Positions 28,401-42,600 of a DNA stretch of 64,000 nt are shown piece by piece. Source of the DNA: Eledone cirrhosa (Eukaryota); NCBI GenBank assembly GCA_964016885.1, contig OZ024743.1, positions 131,626,001 to 131,690,000 on the forward strand, given 5' to 3'. The position numbers and the translations under genes were made by a program. Position 1 is the stretch's first letter, and every line of letters begins with the position of its first letter. A model generated the notes under the pieces. That model searched no databases. It was not told where the DNA came from and saw only the letters and a list, made by a program, of their open reading frames with translations.

Positions 28401-31400
28401 CTACCACCAAGCACCAAGCACCAAACACCAAGCACCAAGCACCAAGCACCAAACACCAAGCACCAAAGACCAAGCCCCAAATACCAAGCACCAAGCACCA
28501 AACACTAATCACCAGGGACCAAGCACCAAACACCAAGAACCAAGCACCAAGCACTAAACACCAAACACCAAGCACCAAACACCAAACACCAAGCACCAAG
28601 TACCAAACTCCAAACACCAAACACCAAGCACCAAGCACCAAATCCCAAGCACCAAACACCAAGCACCAATCACCAAACACCAAACACCAAACACCAAGCA
28701 CCAAGCACCGAGCACCAAACACCAAGTACCAAGCACCAATCACCAAACACCAAGCACCAAGCACCAAACACCAAACAGCAAGCACCAAGCACCAAGCACC
28801 AAACATAAAACAACAAGTACCAAGCACCAAACACCAAACACCAAACACCAAACACCAAGCACAAAGCACCAAACACCAAACACCAAGCACCAAGCACCAG
28901 ACACCAAGCACCAAGCACCAAGCACCAAGCACCAAAAACCAAGCACCAAGCTCCAAGGACCAAACACCAAGCACCAAACACCAAACACAAAGCACCAAGC
29001 ACCAAACACCAAACACCAAGCACCAAGCACCAAACACCAAACACCAAGCACCAATCACCAAACACCAAGCACCAAGCGCCAAACACCAAACACCAAACAC
29101 CTAGCACCAAGCACCAAGCACCGAACACCAAGCACCAAACACCAAGCACCAAGCACCAAACACCAAGCACCAAGACCCAAACACCAAACACCAAGCACCA
29201 TGCACCCAGAACCAAGCACCAAGCACCAAACACCAAACACCAAGCACCAAGCACCAAACACCAAACACCAAGCACCAAGCACCAAGCACCAAGCCCCAAA
29301 CACCATACACCAAGCACCAAGCACCAAACACCAAAAACCAATCACCAAGCACCAAAGAGCAAACACCAAGCCCCAAGCACCAAACACCAAACACCAAACA
29401 CCAAAAAGCAAACACTAAACACAAAACACCAAACAGCAAACACCAAACACCAAATAGCAAACACCAAACACCAACCAGGAAACACCAAACAGCAAACACC
29501 AAACAGCAAACGCCAAACAGCAAACACAAACACCAAACACCAAGCACCAAGCACCAAGCACAAAACACCAAGCACCAAGCGCCAAGCACCAAACACCAAA
29601 CACCAAACACCAAACAGCAAACACCAATCACCAAACACCAGACACCAAACACCAAACAGCAAACACCAAACACCAAACAGCAAACACCAATCACCAAACA
29701 CCAAACAGCAAACACGAAACAGCAAACACCAAACAGCAAACACCAAACAGCAAACACCAAACAGCAAACAGCAAACACCAAACTCCAAACACCAAGCACC
29801 AAGCACCAAACACCAAGCACCAAGCAACAAGCACCAATCACCAAGCACCAAGCACTAAACACCAAACACCTAGCACCAAGCACCAAGCACCAAACACCAA
29901 GCACCAAGCACCAAGCACCAAACACCAAGCACCAAAGACCAAGCCCCAAATACCAAGCACCAAGCACCAAACACTAATCACCAGGGACCAAGCACCAAAC
30001 ACCAAGAACCAAGCACCAAACACTAAACACCAAACACCAAGCACCAAGCACCAAACACCAAACACCAAGCACCAAGTACCAAACTCCAAACACCAAACAC
30101 CAAGCACCAAGCACCAAATCCCAAGCACCAAACACCAAGCACCAATCACCAAACACCAAACACCAAGCGCCAAGCACCAAACACCAAGCACCAAGCACGA
30201 AACACCAAGCACCAAGCACTGAGCACCAAACACCAAGTACCAAGCACCAATCACCAAACACCAAGCACCAAGCACCAAACACCAAACAGCAAGCACCAAG
30301 CACCAAGCATCAAACATAAAACAACAAGTACCAAGCACCAAACACCAAACACCAAACACCAAACACCAAGCACAAAGCACCAAACACCAAACACCAAGCA
30401 CCAAGCACCAGACACCAAGCACCAAGCACCAAGCACCAAGCACCAAAAACCAAGCACCAAGCTCCAAGGACCAAACACCAAGCACAAAACACCAAACACA
30501 AAGCACCAAGCACCAAACACCAAACACCAAGCACCAAGCACCAAACACCAAACACCAAGCACCAATCACCAAACACCAAGCACCAAGCGCCAAACACCAA
30601 ACACCAAACACCTAGCACCAAGCACCAAGCACCGAACACCAAGCACCAAACACCAAGCACCAAGCACCAAGCACCAAGCACCAAGCACCAAACACCAATC
30701 ACCAAGCCCCAAGCACCAAACACCAAGCACCAAGACCCAAACACCAGAAACCAAGCACCATGCACCCAGAACCAAGCACCAAGCACCAAACACCAAACAC
30801 CAAGCACCAAGCACCAAACACCAAACACCAAGTACCAAGCACCAAGCACCAAGCACCAAACACCATACACCAAGCACCAAGCACCAAACACCAAAAACCA
30901 ATCACCAAGCACCAAAGAGCAAACACCAAGCCCCAAGCACCAAACACCAAACACCAAACACCAAACAACAAACACTAAACAACAAACACCAAACAGCAAA
31001 CACCAAACACCAAATAGCAAACACCAAACACCAACCAGGAAACACCAAACAGCAGACACCAAACAGCAATCGCCAAACAGCAAACACAAACACCAAACAC
31101 CAAACAGCAAGCACCAAGCACCAAGCACAAAACACCAAGCACCAGGCGCCAAGTACCAAACACCAAACACCAAACACCAAACAGCAAACACCAATCACCA
31201 AACACCAGACACCAAACACCAAACAGCAAACACCAAACACCAAACAGCAAACACCAAACACCAAACACCAAACAGCAAACACCAAACAGCAAACACCAAA
31301 CACCAAACACCAAACACCAAGCACCAAGCACCAAACACCAAGCACCAAGCAACAAACACCAATCACCAAGCACCAAGCACTAAAAACCAAACACCCAGCA

Positions 31401-33625
31401 CCAAGCACCAAGCACCAAAGACCAAGCACCAAGCACCAAGCACCAAACACCAAGCACCAAAGACCAAGCCCCAAATACCAAGCACCAAGCACCAAGCACC
31501 AAACACCAAGAACCAAGCACCAAACACCAGACAGCAAGCACCAAGCACCAAACACCATGCACCCAGAACCAAGCACCAAGCACTAAACACCAAACACCAA
31601 GCACCAAGCACCAAACACCAAGCACCAAGCACCAAGCACCAAGCACCAAACACCATACACCAAGCACCAAGCACCAAACACCAAAAACCAATCACCAAGC
31701 ACCAAAGAGCAAACACCAAGCCCCAAGCACCAAACACCAAACACCAAACACCAAACAACAAACACTAAACACCAAACAACAAGCAGCAAACACCAAACAC
31801 CAAATAGCAAACACCAAACACCAACCAGGAAACACCAAACAGCAAACACCAAACAGCAAACGCCAAACAGCAAACACCAAGCACCAAGCACCAAGCACAA
31901 AACACCAAGCACCAAGCGCCAAGCACCAAACACCAAACACCAAACACCAAACAGCAAACACCAATCACCAAATACCAGACACCAAACACCAAACAGCAAA
32001 CACCAAACACCAAACAGCAAACACCAAACACCAAACACCAAACAGCAAACACGAAACAGCAAACACCAAACAGCAGACACCAAACAGCAAACACCAAACA
32101 GCAAACACCAAACACCAAACACCAAACACCAAGCACCAACCACCAAACACCAAGCACCAAGCAACAAACACCAATCACCAAGCACCGAGCACTAAAAACC
32201 AAACATCTAGCACCAAGCACCAAGCACCAAACACCAAGCACCAAGCACCAAGCACCAAACACCAAGCACCAAAGACCAAGCCCCAAATACCAAGCACCAA
32301 GCACCAAACACCAATCACCAGGCACCAAGCACCAAACACCAAGAACCAAGCACCAAGCACTAAACACCAAATACCAAGCACCAAGCACCAAACACCAAAC
32401 ACCAAGCACCAAGTACCAAACTCCAAACACCAAACACCAAGCACCAAGCACCAAATCCCAAGCACCAAACACCAAGCACCAATCACCAAACACCAAACAC
32501 CAAGCACCAAGCACCAAACACCAAAAACCAAGCACCAAGCACCAAACACCAAACACCTAACGCCAAACACCGAAAACCAAGTACCAAGCACCAAACACCA
32601 AGCACCAAGCGTCAAAGACCAAACACCTAGCACCAAGCACGAAACACCAAGCACCAAGCACCGAGCACCAAACACCAAGTACCAGGCACCAATCACCAAA
32701 CACCAAGAACCAAGCACCAAACACCAGACAGCAAGCACCAAGCACCAAACACCAAACTCCAAGCACCAAGCACCAAACACCAAGCACCAAGCGCCAAAGA
32801 CCAAACACCAGGCACCAAGCACGAAACACCAAGCACCAAGCACCAAACACCAAAAACCAAGCACCAAACACCAGACAGCAAGCACCAAGCACCAAACACC
32901 AAACACCAAGCACCAAGCACCTAACACCAAGCACCAAGCGCCAAACACCAAACACCAAGCACCAAGCACCAAACACCAAGCACCAACCACCAAGCACCAA
33001 ACACCAAGCACCAAGCACCAAACACCAAGCACCAATCACCAAACAGCAAGCACCAAGCACCAAACACCAAACACCAAGCACCAAGCACCAAACACCAAGC
33101 ACCAAGCACCAAACACCAAGCACCAAGCACCAAACACCAAAAACCAATCACCAAGCACCAAAGAGCAAACACCAAGCCCCAAGCACCAAACACCAAACAC
33201 CAAACACCAAATAGCAAACACTAAACACCAAACACCAAACAGCAAACACAAAACACCAAATAGCAAATACCAAACAGCAAACACCAAACACCAAACAGCA
33301 AACACCAAACACCAACCAGGAAACACCAAAGACCAAGCACCAAACACCAAGCACCAAGCCCCAAGCACCAAACACCAAGCACCAAGCACCAAACACCAAG
33401 CACCAAGCACCAAGCACCATGCACCAAACACCAAGCACCAAGCACCAAACAGCAAACACCAAACAGCAAACACCAAACACCAAACACCAACCAGCAAACA
33501 CCAAACACCAAACACCAAACAGCAAACACCAAACAGCAAACACCAAACAGCAAACACCAAACACCAAACACCTAACACCAAACGCCAAAAAGCAAACGCC
33601 AAACCCCAAACGCCAAACAGCAAAT
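22487..33625. repeat. Copy 1 of a near-perfect 11.1-kb tandem duplication (11,139 bp)
   Basis: Markers 24834, 26346, 27885, 29354, 30914, 31704 and 33160 each recur exactly 11,167 bp downstream. Marker 23057 recurs at +11,139 because of a 28-bp indel near 23540/34690. Confidence 0.93.
26346..29353. repeat. Adjacent duplicated HOR block (offset 1,539 bp), also present at 37513-40520
   Basis: ORFs 26012..26962 and 27551..28501 are almost identical at offset 1539 (220x7-1). Both blocks carry the TATACACC variant (near 26296 and 27835) and the AACCAGG-AAACAGC variant. Confidence 0.85.
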
Positions 33626-36600
33626 GCCAAACCCCATACGCCAAACAGCAAATGCCAAACCCCAAATGCCAAACAGCAAACGCCAAGCACCAAACACCAA
33701 GCACCAAGCACCAAGCACCAAGCACCAAACACCAAACACCAAGCACCAATCACCAAACACCAAACACCAAGCGCCAAACACCAAACACCAAACACCTAGC
33801 ACCAATCACCAATCACCAAACAGCAAGCACCAAACGCCAAGCACCAAGCACCAAGCACCAAGCACCAAGCACCAAACACCAATCACCAAGCCCCAAGCAC
33901 CAAACACCAAGCACCCAGCACCAAACACCAAACACCAAGCAACAAGCACCCAGAACAAAGCACCAAGCACCAAACACCAAGCACCAAGCACCAAGCACCA
34001 AACACCAATCACCAAGCCCCAAACACCAAACACCAAGCACCAAGCACCCAGAACCAAGCACCAAGCACCAAACACCAAACACCAAGCACCAAGCACCAAA
34101 CACCAAACACCAAGCACCAAGCACCAAGCACCAAGCAACAAACACCATACACCAAGCACCAAGGACCAAACACCAAAAACCAATCACCAAGCACCAAAGA
34201 GCAAACACCAAGCCCCAAGCACCAAACACCAAACACCAAACACCAAATAGCAAACACTAAACACCAAACACCAAACAGCAAACACAAAACACCAAATAGC
34301 AAACACCAAACAGCAAACACCAAACACCAAACAGCAAACACCAAACACCAACCAGGAAACACCAACCAGGAAACACCAAACACCAAGCACCAAGCCCCAA
34401 GCACCAAACACCAAGCACCAAGAACCAAACACCAAGCACCATGCACCAAGCACCATGCACCAAACACCAAGCACCAAGCACCAAACAGCAAACACCAAAC
34501 AGTAAACACCAAACACCAAACACCAACCAGCAAACACCAAACACCAAACACCAAACAGCAAACACCAAACAGCAAACACCAAACAGCAAACACCAAACAC
34601 CAAACACCAAACAGCAAACGCCAAAAAGCAAACGCCAAATTCCAAACGCCAAACAGCAAACGCCAAGGACCAAACACCAAACACCAAGCGCCAAGCACCA
34701 AACACCAAACAACAAGCACCAAGTACCACACATCAAACACCGAGCACCAAACACCAAACACCAGGCCCAAACACCAAGCACCAATCACCAAGCACAAAGC
34801 ACCAAGCAACAAACATAAAGCACCAATCACCAAGCACCGAGCACCAATCACCAAGCACCAAGCACCAAACACCAAGCACCAAACACTAAACACCAAGCAC
34901 CAAGCACCAATCACCAAACACCAAGCACCAAGCACCAAACACCAAACAGCAAGCACCAAGAACCAAACACCAAACACCAAGTACCAAGCCCAAAGCACCA
35001 AACACCAAGCACCTAGCAGCAAGCACCAAACACCAAACACCAAGCACCAAGCACCAAGCACCAAGCACCAAGCACCAAGCACCAAGCACCAAACACCAAT
35101 CACCAAGCCCCAAGCACCAAACACCAAGCACCAAGCACCAAACACCAAACACCAAGCACCAAGCACCCAGAACCAAGCACCAAGCACCAAACACCAAACA
35201 CCAACCACCAAGCACCAAACACCAAACACCAAGCACCAAGCACCTAGCACCAAGCACCAAACACCAAACACCAAACACCAAACACCAAGGACCAATCACC
35301 AAACACCAAGCACCAAGCACCAAACACCAAACACCAAACACCTAGCACCAAGCACCAAGCACCAAACACCAAGCACCAAACACCAAGCACCAAGCACCAA
35401 GCACCAAGCACCAAGCACCAAACACCAATCACCAAGCCCCAAGCACCAAACACCAAGCACCCAGCACCATACACCAAACACCAAGCACCAAGCACCCAGA
35501 ACAAAGCACCAAGCACCAAACACCAAACACCAAGCTCCAAGCACCAAACACCAAACACGAAGCACCATGCACCAAGCACCAAGCACCAAACACCAAACAC
35601 CAAGCACCAAGCACCAAACACCAAACACCAAGCACCAATCACCATACATCAAGCACCAAGCACCAAACACCAAACACCAAGCACCAATCACCATACACCT
35701 AGCACCAAGCACCAAGCACCAAACACCAAGCACCAAAAACCAAGCACCATGCACCAAGCACCAAGCACCAAGCACCAAACACCAATCACCAAGCCCCAAG
35801 CACCAAACACCAAGCACCAAGCACCAAACACCAAACACCAAGCACCAAGCACCCAGAACCAAGCACCAAGCACCAAACACCAAACACAAAGCACCAAGCA
35901 CCAAACACCAAACACCAAGCACCAAGCACCAAGCACCAAGTACCAAACACCATACACCAAGCACCAAGCACCAAACACCAAAAACCAATCACCAAGCACC
36001 AAAGAGCAAACACCAAGCCCCAAGCACCAAACAACAAACACCAAACACCAAAAAGCAAACACTAAACACAAAACACCAAACAGCAAACACTAAACACCAA
36101 ATAGCAAACACCAAACACCAACCAGGAAACACCAAACAGCAAACACCAAACAGCAAACGCCAAACAGCAAACACAAACACCAAACACCAAACACCAAGCA
36201 CCAAGCACCAAGCACAAAACACCAAGCACCAAGCGCCAAGCACCAAACACCAAACACCAAACACCAAACAGCAAACACCAATCACCAAACACCAGACACC
36301 AAACACCAAACAGCAAACACCAAACACCAAACAGCAAACACCAAACACCAAACACCAAACAGCAAACACGAAACAGCAAACACCAAACAGCAAACACCAA
36401 ACAGCAAACACTCAAACAGCAAACAGCAAACACCAAACTCCAAACACCAAGCACCAAGCACCAAACACCAAGCACCAAGCAACAAGCACCAATCACCAAG
36501 CACCAAGCACTAAACACCAAACACCTAGCACCAAGCACCAAGCACCAAACACCAAGCACCAAGCACCAAGCACCAAACACCAAGCACCAAAGACCAAGCC

Positions 36601-39600
36601 CCAAATACCAAGCACCAAGCACCAAACACTAATCACCAGGGACCAAGCACCAAACACCAAGAACCAAGCACCAAGCACTAAACACCAAACACCAAGCACC
36701 AAGCACCAAACACCAAACACCAAGCACCAAGTACCAAACTCCAAACACCAAACACCAAGCACCAAGCACCAAATCCCAAGCACCAAACACCAAGCACCAA
36801 TCACCAAACACCAAACACCAAGCGCCAAGCACCAAACACCAAGCACCAAGCACGAAACACCAAGCACCAAGCACCGAGCACCAAACACCAAGTACCAAGC
36901 ACCAATCACCAAACACCAAGCACCAAGCACCAAACACCAAACAGCAAGCACCAAGCACCAAGCACCAAACACCAAACACCAAGCACAAAGCACCAAACAC
37001 CAAACACCAAGCACCAAGCACCAGACACCAAGCACCAAGCACCAAGCACCAAGCACCAAAAACCAAGCACCAAGCTCCAAGGACCAAACACCAAGCACCA
37101 AACACCAAACACAAAGCACCAAGCACCAAACACCAAACACCAAGCACCAAGCACCAAACACCATACACCAAGCACCAATCACCAAACACCAAGCACCAAG
37201 CGCCAAACACCAAACACCAAACACCTAGCACCAAGCACCAAGCACCGAACACCAAGCACCAAACACCAAGCACCAAGCACCAAGCACCAAGCACCAAGCA
37301 CCAAACACCAATCACCAAGCCCCAAGCACCAAACACCAAGCACCAAGACCCAAACACCAAACACCAAGCACCATGCACCCAGAACCAAGCACCAAGCACC
37401 AAACACCAAACACCAAGCACCAAGCACCAAACACCAAACACCAAGCACCAAGCACCAAACACTATACACCAAGCACCAAGCACCAAACACCAAAAACCAA
37501 TCACCAAGCACCAAAGAGCAAACACCAAGCCCCAAGCACCAAACACCAAACACCAAACACCAAAAAGCAAACACTAAACACAAAACACCAAACAGCAAAC
37601 ACCAAACACCAAATAGCAAACACCAAACACCAACCAGGAAACAGCAAACACCAAACAGCAAACGCCAAACAGCAAACACAAACACCAAACACCAAACACC
37701 AAGCACCAAGCACCAAGCACAAAACACCAAGCACCAAGCGCCAAGCACCAAACACCAAACACCAAACACCAAACAGCAAACACCAATCACCAAACACCAG
37801 ACACCAAACACCAAACAGCAAACACCAAACACCAAACAGCAAACACCAAACACCAAACACCAAACAGCAAACACGAAACAGCAAACACCAAACAGCAAAC
37901 ACCAAACAGCAAACACCAAACAGCAAACAGCAAACACCAAACTCCAAACACAAAGCACCAAGCACCAAACACCAAGCACCAAGCAACAAGCACCAATCAC
38001 CAAGCACCAAGCACTAAACACCAAACACCTAGCACCAAGCACCAAGCACCAAACACCAAGCACCAAGCACCAAGCACCAAACACCAAGCACCAAAGACCA
38101 AGCCCCAAATACCAAGCACCAAGCACCAAACACTAATCACCAGGGACCAAGCACCAAACACCAAGAACCAAGCACCAAGCACTAAACACCAAACACCAAG
38201 CACCAAACACCAAACACCAAGCACCAAGTACCAAACTCCAAACACCAAACACCAAGCACCAAGCACCAAATCCCAAGCACCAAACACCAAGCACCAATCA
38301 CCAAACACCAAACACCAAGCGCCAAGCACCAAACACCAAGCACCAAGCACGAAACACCAAGCACCAAGCACCGAGCACCAAACACCAAGTACCAAGCACC
38401 AATCACCAAACACCAAGCACCAAGCACCAAACACCAAACAGCAAGCACCAAGCACCAAGCACCAAACATAAAACAACAAGTACCAAGCACCAAACACCAA
38501 ACACCAAACACCAAACACCAAGCACAAAGCACCAAACACCAAACACCAAGCACCAAGCACCAGACACCAAGCACCAAGCACCAAGCACCAAGCACCAAAA
38601 ACCAAGCACCAAGCTCCAAGGACCAAACACCAAGCACCAAACACCAAACACAAAGCACCAAGCACCAAACACCAAACACCAAGCACCAAGCACCAAACAC
38701 CATACACCAAGCACCAATCACCAAACACCAAGCACCAAGCGCCAAACACCAAACACCAAACACCTAGCACCAAGCACCAAGCACCGAACACCAAGCACCA
38801 AACACCAAGCACCAAGCACCAAGCACCAAGCACCAAGCACCAAACACCAATCACCAAGCCCCAAGCACCAAACACCAAGCACCAAGACCCAAACACCAAA
38901 CACCAAGCACCATGCACCCAGAACCAAGCACCAAGCACCAAACACCAAACACCAAGCACCAAGCACCAAACACCAAACACCAAGCACCAAGCACCAAACA
39001 CTATACACCAAGCACCAAGCACCAAACACCAAAAACCAATCACCAAGCACCAAAGAGCAAACACCAAGCCCCAAGCACCAAACACCAAACACCAAACACC
39101 AAAAAGCAAACACTAAACACAAAACACCAAACAGCAAACACCAAACACCAAATAGCAAACACCAAACACCAACCAGGAAACAGCAAACACCAAACAGCAA
39201 ACGCCAAACAGCAAACACAAACACCAAACACCAAGCACCAAGCACCAAGCACCAAGCACAAAACACCAAGCACCAAGCGCCAAGCACCAAACACCAAACA
39301 CCAAACACCAAACAGCAAACACCAATCACCAAACACCAGACACCAAACACCAAACAGCAAACACCAAACACCAAACAGCAAACACCAAACACCAAACACC
39401 AAACACCAAACACGAAACAGCAAACACCAAACAGCAAACACCAAACAGCAAACACCAAACAGCAAACAGCAAACACCAAACTCCAAACACAAAGCACCAA
39501 GCACCAAACACCAAGCACCAAGCAACAAGCACCAATCACCAAGCACCAAGCACTAAACACCAAACACCTAGCACCAAGCACCAAGCACCAAACACCAAGC

Positions 39601-42600
39601 ACCAAGCACCAAGCACCAAACACCAAGCACCAAAGACCAAGCCCCAAATACCAAGCACCAAGCACCAAACACTAATCACCAGGGACCAAGCACCAAACAC
39701 CAAGAACCAAGCACCAAGCACTAAACACCAAACACCAAGCACCAAACACCAAACACCAAGCACCAAGTACCAAACTCCAAACACCAAACACCAAGCACCA
39801 AGCACCAAATCCCAAGCACCAAACACCAAGCACCAATCACCAAACACCAAACACCAAACACCAAGCACCAAGCACCGAGCACCAAACACCAAGTACCAAG
39901 CACCAATCACCAAACACCAAGCACCAAGCACCAAACACCAAACAGCAAGCACCAAGCACCAAGCACCAAACATAAAACAACAAGTACCAAGCACCAAACA
40001 CCAAACACCAAACACCAAACACCAAGCACAAAGCACCAAACACCAAACACCAAGCACCAAGCACCAGACACCAAGCACCAAGCACCAAGCACCAAGCACC
40101 AAAAACCAAGCACCAAGCTCCAAGGACCAAACACCAAGCACCAAACACCAAACACAAAGCACCAAGCACCAAACACCAAACACCAAGCACCAAGCACCAA
40201 ACACCAAACACCAAGCACCAATCACCAAACACCAAGCACCAAGCGCCAAACACCAAACACCAAACACCTAGCACCAAGCACCAAGCACCGAACACCAAGC
40301 ACCAAACACCAAGCACCAAGCACCAAACACCAAGCACCAAGACCCAAACACCAAACACCAAGCACCATGCACCCAGAACCAAGCACCAAGCACCAAACAC
40401 CAAACACCAAGCACCAAGCACCAAACACCAAACACCAAGCACCAAGCACCAAGCACCAAGCCCCAAACACCATACACCAAGCACCAAGCACCAAACACCA
40501 AAAACCAATCACCAAGCACCAAAGAGCAAACACCAAGCCCCAAGCACCAAACACCAAACACCAAACACCAAAAAGCAAACACTAAACACAAAACACCAAA
40601 CAGCAAACACCAAACACCAAATAGCAAACACCAAACACCAACCAGGAAACACCAAACAGCAAACACCAAACAGCAAACGCCAAACAGCAAACACAAACAC
40701 CAAACACCAAGCACCAAGCACCAAGCACAAAACACCAAGCACCAAGCGCCAAGCACCAAACACCAAACACCAAACACCAAACAGCAAACACCAATCACCA
40801 AACACCAGACACCAAACACCAAACAGCAAACACCAAACACCAAACAGCAAACACCAATCACCAAACACCAAGCAGCAAACACGAAACAGCAAACACCAAA
40901 CAGCAAACACCAAACAGCAAACACCAAACAGCAAACAGCAAACACCAAACTCCAAACACCAAGCACCAAGCACCAAACACCAAGCACCAAGCAACAAGCA
41001 CCAATCACCAAGCACCAAGCACTAAACACCAAACACCTAGCACCAAGCACCAAGCACCAAACACCAAGCACCAAGCACCAAGCACCAAACACCAAGCACC
41101 AAAGACCAAGCCCCAAATACCAAGCACCAAGCACCAAACACTAATCACCAGGGACCAAGCACCAAACACCAAGAACCAAGCACCAAACACTAAACACCAA
41201 ACACCAAGCACCAAGCACCAAACACCAAACACCAAGCACCAAGTACCAAACTCCAAACACCAAACACCAAGCACCAAGCACCAAATCCCAAGCACCAAAC
41301 ACCAAGCACCAATCACCAAACACCAAACACCAAGCGCCAAGCACCAAACACCAAGCACCAAGCACGAAACACCAAGCACCAAGCACTGAGCACCAAACAC
41401 CAAGTACCAAGCACCAATCACCAAACACCAAGCACCAAGCACCAAACACCAAACAGCAAGCACCAAGCACCAAGCATCAAACATAAAACAACAAGTACCA
41501 AGCACCAAACACCAAACACCAAACACCAAACACCAAGCACAAAGCACCAAACACCAAACACCAAGCACCAAGCACCAGACACCAAGCACCAAGCACCAAG
41601 CACCAAGCACCAAAAACCAAGCACCAAGCTCCAAGGACCAAACACCAAGCACAAAACACCAAACACAAAGCACCAAGCACCAAACACCAAACACCAAGCA
41701 CCAAGCACCAAACACCAAACACCAAGCACCAATCACCAAACACCAAGCACCAAGCGCCAAACACCAAACACCAAACACCTAGCACCAAGCACCAAGCACC
41801 GAACACCAAGCACCAAACACCAAGCACCAAGCACCAAGCACCAAGCACCAAGCACCAAACACCAATCACCAAGCCCCAAGCACCAAACACCAAGCACCAA
41901 GACCCAAACACCAGAAACCAAGCACCATGCACCCAGAACCAAGCACCAAGCACCAAACACCAAACACCAAGCACCAAGCACCAAACACCAAACACCAAGT
42001 ACCAAGCACCAAGCACCAAGCACCAAACACCATACACCAAGCACCAAGCACCAAACACCAAAAACCAATCACCAAGCACCAAAGAGCAAACACCAAGCCC
42101 CAAGCACCAAACACCAAACACCAAACACCAAACAACAAACACTAAACAACAAACACCAAACAGCAAACACCAAACACCAAATAGCAAACACCAAACACCA
42201 ACCAGGAAACACCAAACAGCAGACACCAAACAGCAATCGCCAAACAGCAAACACAAACACCAAACACCAAACAGCAAGCACCAAGCACCAAGCACAAAAC
42301 ACCAAGCACCAGGCGCCAAGTACCAAACACCAAACACCAAACACCAAACAGCAAACACCAATCACCAAACACCAGACACCAAACACCAAACAGCAAACAC
42401 CAAACACCAAACAGCAAACACCAAACACCAAACACCAAACAGCAAACACCAAACAGCAAACACCAAACACCAAACACCAAACACCAAGCACCAAGCACCA
42501 AACACCAAGCACCAAGCAACAAACACCAATCACCAAGCACCAAGCACTAAAAACCAAACACCCAGCACCAAGCACCAAGCACCAAAGACCAAGCACCAAG

